Virus record (IMG/VR): IMGVR_UViG_3300043465_002420
Source: a virus
Length of the DNA stretch: 64,000 nt
Direction: 5' to 3' (one strand)
Part shown: positions 48,094 through 64,000 of the stretch, piece after piece
Numbering within the stretch: position 1 is the first letter of the stretch
Layout of the letters: each line of letters starts with the position of its first letter
Translations under genes and position numbers: made by a program
Notes under the pieces: generated by a model
The model's input: only the letters and a program-made list of their open reading frames with translations
Databases searched by the model: none
What the model was told of the DNA's origin: nothing

Positions 48094-48897
48094 TTATCCT
48101 TCTGGTGTAGGTGTAGTGGTAACTACTGGTTCTTCCACTACTGGTTCTTCCACTACTGGTTCTTCCACTACTGGTTCTTCCACTACTGGTTCTTCCACTA
48201 CTGGTTCTTCCACTACTGGTTCTTCCACTACTGGTTCTTCCACTACTGGTGTAGGCATGATGGGATCAGGCACTACTTCTTTCATTATTATAGTATCAAC
48301 AGAAATATGATCTGCTGCGTTTTCTATTTCGTTTAATTTTGCGAATTCCCAATCGAAAGCAGCTTGAACAACCTTGTCTATTTCCGAGATGATAATCTCC
48401 AAATCAGACTTCGTAATTTCCATCCAAGTCTGTGGGAATTTCCAGTATGCGGTAAGGTCGCCTATAGACAATATTTTTGAAGCATATACAGCACGACTTT
48501 CCCTGTCTGTGCTTACTGTTACTTCCTGTCCTTTAAGGGTTATCTTTATGTCTTTTATTTCCCTTGATCTTCTTTCTGAAGATAGTTGTTGTATCAAATT
48601 AGCTTTTGCTATTTGTAGTATAAGAGGTTTAACTTCATAGTTTGCTATTGCAAGGTCTTCTGTTATTTCCCAGTTAGGTCCAGTCAATTCCTCTATCTTT
48701 GGGTTGTATTCTGGTTTTATTTCCCTTACTTGGAATATCTTTGTTTCTTCGTTTATAGTCCATGGAACATTTGCTTCGTCTGGGAAATGAACCTTGATGT
48801 CTAGCTCAAGCTCCTCTTGGAGAATTGAACTGATCATCCTTGGATTCCATTTCAATAAAGTCTGAATTATATTTCCGTTGTTTATTATTGCGTACAT
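48094..48897 (-). CDS. DUF4376-like tail-associated protein with (VVEEP)8 tail
   Basis: TDRESR...YWKFPQTW...VQAAFDWE. Confidence 0.65.
   Translation of the reverse strand: MYAIINNGNIIQTLLKWNPRMISSILQEELELDIKVHFPDEANVPWTINEETKIFQVREIKPEYNPKIEELTGPNWEITEDLAIANYEVKPLILQIAKANLIQQLSSERRSREIKDIKITLKGQEVTVSTDRESRAVYASKILSIGDLTAYWKFPQTWMEITKSDLEIIISEIDKVVQAAFDWEFAKLNEIENAADHISVDTIIMKEVVPDPIMPTPVVEEPVVEEPVVEEPVVEEPVVEEPVVEEPVVEEPVVEEPVVTTTPTPEG
48122..48250 (-). repeat. Perfect 15-bp tandem repeat x8.6
   Basis: ACTACTGGTTCTTCC on + strand; encodes VVEEP. Confidence 0.95.
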
Positions 48898-48900
48898 GTT

Positions 48901-50057
48901 TTATATATCTCCGTTCGTTACTGCTGCTGTGTAATTGTTACCACAAGCTACTTGTTTCCAGTTTGTACCATATGCTGTCGTTTGAACTGGTGATGATTTT
49001 TTTACAACTGTATTGTCGCCTAACTGACCATAACCATTAGCTCCCCAATTCCATAAAGTTCCATCTGTCTTTATCGCTGCTATTTGACCATTAGCAGAAA
49101 CTTGTTTCCAGTTTGTTCCAAATGTGATTGTCTGTACTGGTGATGATTTGCTTGTAAGTGTGTTGTCACCTAATTGTCCTTGGCTATTACCTCCCCAAGT
49201 CCACAAAGTACCATCAGTCTTTATTGCTGCCATGCTAGGATACCCACTAGATACTTGTTTCCAGTTTGTTCCATAAGCAACTGTTTGTACTGGCGATGAT
49301 CTGTATGCTGTTGTGTTATCGCCTAAAGTGCCACTAAAATTAATACCCCAAGCCCACAAGGTTCCATCTGTTTTTATTGCTGCTGTAGTATAACCACTAG
49401 CAGAAACTTGTTTCCAGTTTGTACCACCTGCAATTGTTTGAACTGGTGAACTAATGTGTGTTATTGTGTTATTACCTAATTGACCATAAGTGTTTCTTCC
49501 CCAAACCCAAAGTGTACCATCTGTCTTTATAGCTGCTGTGTGATAACCACAAGAGACTTGTTTCCAATTATTTCCAAAAGTAACTGTTTGAACAGGCGAA
49601 GATCTTTGTATTACTGTGTTGTCGCCAAGTTGTCCATTATTGTTATATCCCCAAGTCCATAATGTGCCATCTGTCTTTATTGCTGCTATAATAAAATTTC
49701 CACAAGCAACACTTTTCCAGTTTGTGCCTCTAGCAATTGTTTGAACGGGCGATGATCTTGAAATCCCTGTATTATCTCCAATCGACCCATTGTCATTAAC
49801 TCCCCAGCACCAAAGTGTTCCGTCTGTCTTTATCCCTGCTGTTTGTAAAAATCCACAAGCAACACTTTTCCAATTTATTCCACCAGTCACTGTCTGAATT
49901 GGATTTGATTTATTTACAACTGTATTGTCGCCAAGCGGACCATAAGTAGTGTTTATACCCCAAGTAAACAGTGTATTCCCCACGAATTGGTCGAGAAGCC
50001 AAGCGTCAGAAACGAAAGCGGTTTTGAGGTCGCCATCAGGACCAGAAATAAAAGGCA

Positions 50058-50058
<1 letters not shown>
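48901..50058 (-). CDS. RCC1/BLIP-II 7-blade propeller protein
   Basis: Seven ~51-aa blades. Confidence 0.88.
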
Positions 50059-57443
<7,385 letters not shown>

Positions 57444-57459
57444 TTAAATTTACTTATAA

Positions 57460-58023
57460 TCATCTTTGAGGCGTTATGGCAAATCCAAACATAAAAAGAG
57501 TTCTTGGTGTGTTTCCATGGCAAACATCTACACTATGATAAAGTTCAGTTACCAAATAACACATCATGTCACCTTCATTTAAGTCATAGGTTTTATCTTC
57601 GACATGAATAGATCCACCACTTTCAGCTTTACTAGACAGAATATTACACCTTAATCCAACAAGTCCTTCGCCAACACTTGGATCTTTGTGTCTATAAACA
57701 TCTCCATCGTTATAAGTTACGCTAACCACAACACCATCTTTTCCATGTCCTTCTATGACTGGAGAATTTCCCACTGATGGAACCACTTTACGGATTCGAT
57801 CTTGTAAGTTTTTAACTAGTTCTGGATAGTTTATATTTTGGCTCATTCTGTTAGTGAGCCTCTTTTTTGTTGTGCTGAATTCTTTCTTATCCCAATCTCC
57901 AGTAATCCCATCTACGAATTGACCTTCAGCAACAGCTTTTGCAGTCCAATCTTTCAATGTTTGAATTTCTTCAGAGTTGATAAAGTTTCTTATAATCATT
58001 ACATTTTCATCTTTTTCTATCAT
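57460..58023 (-). CDS. 2OG-Fe(II) oxygenase (prolyl-4-hydroxylase-like)
   Basis: YRHKD (HxD), ESGG, LYHSV, R; start moved to MIEKDE (ATGA overlap). Confidence 0.75.
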   Translation of the reverse strand: MIEKDENVMIIRNFINSEEIQTLKDWTAKAVAEGQFVDGITGDWDKKEFSTTKKRLTNRMSQNINYPELVKNLQDRIRKVVPSVGNSPVIEGHGKDGVVVSVTYNDGDVYRHKDPSVGEGLVGLRCNILSSKAESGGSIHVEDKTYDLNEGDMMCYLVTELYHSVDVCHGNTPRTLFMFGFAITPQR

Positions 58024-58523
58024 TTTGACTGCCTTTTGTTTAAGTGTGGATAATCTATATATGGCGTTTTCTTTTTTAAGAAATCGCATAGTTTATCGAA
58101 TTTTTCATCTTCTTTTAAATCTAGAATCAAAAGATCATCTTGTCTGTTTTTGAAATACTCTGAAACTTTCGAATGATGTCTGTGATACCCTTCAATGAAT
58201 TTGTCTTTATCAAAAACAAAAGACTTCCATAGCATGAATCGAGTTTCTAATTGCCAAACAGGATCTGTGCTGGATCTATGAAGAGAAGCAGCACTTTCTA
58301 TCCAAGAATCTATATCTCTGGTTGTTAGTATGAATTTAGATTCTGGATACAATAAATCTAAAAATTTGAACCTTGCAGCAACCGCTGTATCTGTGCTTGC
58401 ATCAAAACTGTCTATTTCTTTATAAGACATTGGGCAATGAATAGCTGAATAACCAAGAACTTTCAATGCTTCAGTTAAAGAAGTAGTTCCAGTTCTGGTT
58501 AGTCCTATGCCAAATACTTTCAT
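58020..58523 (-). CDS. Sulfotransferase family protein
   Basis: MKVFGIGLTRTGTTSL, KFILTTRDIDSWIES, EKFDKLCDFL. Confidence 0.8.
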   Translation of the reverse strand: MKVFGIGLTRTGTTSLTEALKVLGYSAIHCPMSYKEIDSFDASTDTAVAARFKFLDLLYPESKFILTTRDIDSWIESAASLHRSSTDPVWQLETRFMLWKSFVFDKDKFIEGYHRHHSKVSEYFKNRQDDLLILDLKEDEKFDKLCDFLKKKTPYIDYPHLNKRQSK

Positions 58524-59047
58524 AGCTTGCTGAAAGCCTCGCAATCATATGAATATGCTTGTTTGATGAGATCTATCTGCTCTTGGCTTAAAGTTGGCAT
58601 GTCTCCATCTTCAGGTAAAGTAACAGTAACATTTAATCCAAGATATGTGCAGCAATCATTTAATCCCTTATCAGAATAAGGGAAATATTTGGCATTAACA
58701 CAATCTAGAACTCCCATCTTTTTCAATGACATGAAGTGTATGTTGTCAAGATTGTTCAAGCCTTCTTCGACAGAACAAGACAATCTCAAACATGAGTTTT
58801 TAAATCTTTCAACTGGGTCTCTGACAATGACGGCAAAATCTAAGTTCGAACAGTCTGTTACGCTCAAGTCTTTGATCTCTGGAACATTTATAATAGGCTT
58901 CCATTCTGTTTCAGTATTCACGAAATCAGAACTTGCTTCTGGATAGTGTTTTTTAATCAATTCTTTTAGTATTACTTGTGATCCGCTTCTTGTAGCAAGA
59001 GCTAGACCTATGTTGTCCTTATGCCACATAACACCTTTATTTGCCAT
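58520..59047 (-). CDS. Sulfotransferase-like protein
   Basis: TRSGSQ, IVRDPVERF. Confidence 0.6.
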   Translation of the reverse strand: MANKGVMWHKDNIGLALATRSGSQVILKELIKKHYPEASSDFVNTETEWKPIINVPEIKDLSVTDCSNLDFAVIVRDPVERFKNSCLRLSCSVEEGLNNLDNIHFMSLKKMGVLDCVNAKYFPYSDKGLNDCCTYLGLNVTVTLPEDGDMPTLSQEQIDLIKQAYSYDCEAFSKL

Positions 59048-59570
59048 GATAGTTCTCCTTTGTTTTTAAGTACAATTCATTATCGTTATGATATTTTTCA
59101 ACGATCAGTTTAATCTGATTATCGTTTAAAGATGGTTTCTTTTTACTTTCCTCTTCATTGAGTTTAGGAACTGGAGTTTCAAGTCCGAGCCATTCTGCAC
59201 ATTCATCAATTTGTTCTGGGAAAAGAAAGTATTTTATTCTATCGTTTAAAAGACCCATGCTTTCCATAGTCCAAAAATGAACTTCATCTTCGACCAATCC
59301 TTCTTCTACTGTTTTGTTTCGTCTTGCACACGCACTTCTGAATCTTTCGATTGGGTTTCTTACCATGCAGCATACTTCACATTCTGGAAGACCTAGTGTT
59401 AAATCATGCCCTTGCAAGTTCATGATTGGATGCCAAAGATCTTCATTTAAAACTTCTGGTTTAAATTTAACATGGTCTTTGGGTAACATTAAATTCATCA
59501 ATGCATGACTTCCACTTCGTGTCACTAGAGCTAAAGCCTTATTGTTTATCAAAGAGCAAATGCCTCTCAT
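59037..59570 (-). CDS. Sulfotransferase-like protein (paralog of the previous)
   Basis: TRSGSH, MVRNPIERFRS. Confidence 0.6.
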   Translation of the reverse strand: MRGICSLINNKALALVTRSGSHALMNLMLPKDHVKFKPEVLNEDLWHPIMNLQGHDLTLGLPECEVCCMVRNPIERFRSACARRNKTVEEGLVEDEVHFWTMESMGLLNDRIKYFLFPEQIDECAEWLGLETPVPKLNEEESKKKPSLNDNQIKLIVEKYHNDNELYLKTKENYHGK

Positions 59571-60829
59571 GTTATAGTTCCCATAAATTGAAGACCATTT
59601 ACTTGTATTGTGTAACCAGTACCACTTTTATTATTATATGTCTGACCGTTTTTAAGCTCCATTTTGTAGTATCTATAAGATGCAGGAGATGCTATAGCAT
59701 AGTTCAATATGCTATCATTGTTCGTTATTCCAGTCCTGTTGTCTATTGATGTCCAAATTGAATTGTCGCTGCTGCCGTACAGAGTCCATGCACCAGAAGA
59801 ACCAGTAATTGCTCGCATGTTGTAAGAACTGATGGTTACTGCTACTCCAAAATCAAGATAACCTGTGTCCGCTATTACTCCTGTGCCTACTGTAAATGGA
59901 CCCCAACTACTATAAAACATATAACCAGCATAGTAATCGTAAAATGGAGATAGACCAATAGTTGCATTTGTTGGTATTACAAAGCCAACAAAATGTTTAA
60001 ATCTCATTCCAAAATCCGACCAAGCCTTCGGAAAACCCGTCTTGTAGGCTGTTCCAGCGGTTTCCGTCAATATTGTGCCAGAACTATTTAAATACTTAAG
60101 GCTTGGAAATAAAGCGTAACCTCCGTGAAGCTCACAAGAAGTTTCTGGACTTTCGTAGCCCCAAAGCTGGATTTCACCAATTTGAAAAACATTCTCATAA
60201 AATACAACTCCGCTTTTAGTGTTACGACTAGACCTTCCACCTTTTGTGATTATCAGTCTGTAAATCTTGTATGCAGATGCACCAGTTACAGTATATTCCG
60301 AATAAGAGCAATTTTTGGCAAGCCTGTCTGTAGCATAAGGAAATCTACTTTGCGAAGATCTTGTGTCAATTGTAGTCCAATTAATTTGATCGTTAGAACC
60401 AGATAGAGTCCAGTCTTGTGGTGTCTCGTCAGCCATATTAGTGCTAATTACACCGTAGCTAGAAGTGGTGTTTCCATATACATTTTCCCCAAACGCATTA
60501 TACATTCTGTATTTCGTAATCACTACTGGAAGACCAAAGCTAAAATATGCCTTTTTATTAGAAGCTGTTTTATCAAAATTGTTTTTATAATGTGAATCCC
60601 AAGGATTCTGATATGGCAAAACACCAGTAAAAAGATCGTTTACATAATATTGTTGCTTTGCTGTTCCATCAATAATACTGCTTGTTTCATTATTGATGTT
60701 ATATACAATATCGCTGTTCCATACAAAATTATCTCTGGTGGTAAATTTATAATATGGTCGGTATTGTACATTCACTTGCGTGTTGTCGTATGTTGTTCCA
60801 CCTCCTACCAAAGCTCTTTCAGTCGGCAT
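59567..60829 (-). CDS. Protein with two discoidin/F5-8-type-C-like domains
   Basis: PQDWTLSGSNDQINWTTIDTR...YKIYRLII...GEIQLW; WTLYGSSDNSIWTSID...YRYYKM. Confidence 0.7.
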   Translation of the reverse strand: MPTERALVGGGTTYDNTQVNVQYRPYYKFTTRDNFVWNSDIVYNINNETSSIIDGTAKQQYYVNDLFTGVLPYQNPWDSHYKNNFDKTASNKKAYFSFGLPVVITKYRMYNAFGENVYGNTTSSYGVISTNMADETPQDWTLSGSNDQINWTTIDTRSSQSRFPYATDRLAKNCSYSEYTVTGASAYKIYRLIITKGGRSSRNTKSGVVFYENVFQIGEIQLWGYESPETSCELHGGYALFPSLKYLNSSGTILTETAGTAYKTGFPKAWSDFGMRFKHFVGFVIPTNATIGLSPFYDYYAGYMFYSSWGPFTVGTGVIADTGYLDFGVAVTISSYNMRAITGSSGAWTLYGSSDNSIWTSIDNRTGITNNDSILNYAIASPASYRYYKMELKNGQTYNNKSGTGYTIQVNGLQFMGTIT

Positions 60830-60838
60830 AATTCACCT

Positions 60839-62709
60839 TTATGTTAAATATCCTTGTAGCTGTATATCTCTTATTAGACCATAGAAGCCACCTCCAGACT
60901 TCTGGCTCGCAGTAGCCGAACTACCAAATATTGATATTCTGTAGTAAGAATATAAAGCTGGAGAAGCAATCGTAAAGGTAGCATCAGAACCAACTGTTGC
61001 GAGTGTTCTTGTGTCTAACAATGTCCATGTTCCAAAAGTATTTGCTCCATACACTCTAAATGAATAAGTAGGAATAGCACCAAACACATTACTACTCCAA
61101 AGTTTATATGAAGTCAATGTGATTGGGTAATCAAATCCCAGATATCCCTCTTTCGTAGATCCAGCAGTAACAAAGAAAGCATCAAGGCTATTTTTTGCAG
61201 CATTCCATGAAGCAATAGGGTAAGTAATGCTTAAAATATTTCCCATGTTAAATGCGGAACTGAATGGATCAGTATTCGTAACCACACCAGCACTTGTGTA
61301 ATATTTTGCCGTAGGAAGTAAGGTATTGTATCCATGCAACGCACATGGTGTTGTTGGGCTTTCATATCCCCACAATTGCACTTCTCCTAGTTGAGTGTCG
61401 TAGCTACAGCCACTCTTGCCACAATAAAAACCTGTTCTGCCTCTTGTCGAAAGTATAAGCCTATAAGATTTATAAGCTGCTGGTGATGATATGGAGAATT
61501 CCGAATAGCTGCTTGTCGCTGGGTCATTGGTGCTAGCATAAGGCAACATATCTTGGCTAGTTCTTGTATCGACTGTTGTCCAATTTATTTCATCGTTGCT
61601 ACCTTCTAACGACCATGCTTGTGGAGTCTGATTGCCTAAATCAGTATATTTTAGGTAAACCCCAATATTAGCCATAAAACCATTCCACATTCTATATTTC
61701 GTTATGACTGTTGGAATTCTAAAATCAAAAATGAATGTCGGTAGAGATTCGTTGTAATAAGTATAGCTATAAGAACTATTCAAGTTGTTCTGTAGTGGGA
61801 GGTAACCGTTTAATATACAATTGTTAAGGTTGTTGTTTACAGATGTAAAATATTGCCTGTAATCAGCATTTATGAATGTTGGATCATAAGTCACACCACC
61901 ACCAACTAAAGCTCTTGGTGTCGAATTAACACTTAATATCATCGTGGTAGGTGCTGCTGTCGTTGTAGTCGTGGTAGTAGTCGTAGGTGCTGCTGTCGTT
62001 GTAGTAGTAGTTGTGGTAGTAGGTGCTGCTGTCGTTGTAGTCGTAGTCGTGGTAGTAGGTGCTGCTGTCGTTGTAGTTGTGGTAGTAGTCGTGGTAGTAG
62101 GTGCTGCTGTCGTTGTTGTAGTCGTGGTAGTAGAAACAATATATAAATAATCAAAAGTAATTCTATCTAATCCAGTAGTAACACTACCATCTGTATAGTA
62201 ATAAATTGTAATAATATCGTCAACAAGAACAGAAGATGTGCTTTCAGCAACAAAAGAGCCACTACCACCATCAATACTAACAGTTGACCCTGATCTTGTT
62301 CGCTGAATATATCCATAATCATAACTTTCCTCACTTGATACAGTTATTTTGTAATAAAGAGTTCCAGTAGCATTTACTGTAAACCTTAAATTATGAGAAG
62401 TATCATTACCAAGTCCACCAACATATCCAACCAAACGATTTGATGTTGTTCCCAAACCACTATAAGAAAGATTTGTTGCATTGTTAGTATCAAAGAAAGT
62501 TAGAAGTGGTGTAGGTGCTGCTGTCGTTGTAGTCGTAGTCGTGGTGGTAGGTGCTGCTGTCGTTGTAGTCGTAGTCGTGGTGGTAGGTGCTGCTGTCGTT
62601 GTAGTCGTGGTAGTAGGTGCTGCTGTTGTTGTAGTCGTGGTAGTACCAGAGCTAGTAAAGGCTTTAAGCTGTCCTTTCAAAATCATTTTCCCTAGTATTT
62701 TTAATCCCA

Positions 62710-62710
<1 letters not shown>
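60839..62710 (-). CDS. Thr-rich mucin-like protein with two discoidin-like domains
   Basis: (T7-11 AAP) x4 and x5 tracts; PQAWSLEGSNDEINWTTVDTR; paralogous to 59567..60829 (RALVGGG.TYD). Confidence 0.75.
61943..62132 (-). repeat. Poly-Thr/AAP coding repeat, tract 2
   Basis: GTAGGTGCTGCTGTCGTTGTAG core repeated 5 times on + strand. Confidence 0.85.
62509..62644 (-). repeat. Poly-Thr/AAP coding repeat, tract 1
   Basis: Same core repeated 4 times. Confidence 0.85.

Positions 62711-64000
<1,290 letters not shown>

Noticed and set aside
48058-48336. (HYWFF)n and (TTGSS)n ORFs
   Set aside because: Opposite-strand readings of the 15-bp VVEEP repeat.

Overview
AT-rich, densely coding window with bacterial Shine-Dalgarno sites and sigma70-like promoters. 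It is most consistent with part of a large (jumbo/huge) tailed phage genome: a tail fibre ends in a peptidase-S74 chaperone, several small ORFs carry T4-like capsid-targeting N-termini, and no ribosomal or other cellular core genes are present. From left to right: a 1454-aa Cys-rich STIG1-like repeat protein; an N-terminal-half DnaE (PHP plus first part of the palm) whose first metal motif is split by a 7-nt stop-containing gap at the foot of a 15-bp hairpin (candidate translational bypass); a complete prkA-yeaH-spoVR operon whose SpoVR carries two LAGLIDADG inteins; hldE, thyX and ndk; a glycan-modification island (GT2, GT9, GT25, SAM methyltransferases, sulfotransferases, GNAT); an unusual tRNA-Arg(TCT); small hypothetical genes; a 23-aa-repeat endonuclease; and a tail/adhesin module with seven 7-bladed RCC1 propellers, Gly-X-Thr collagen tracts, Thr-rich mucin-like linkers and discoidin-like domains. 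All family assignments come from motif recognition by eye, with no database searches.
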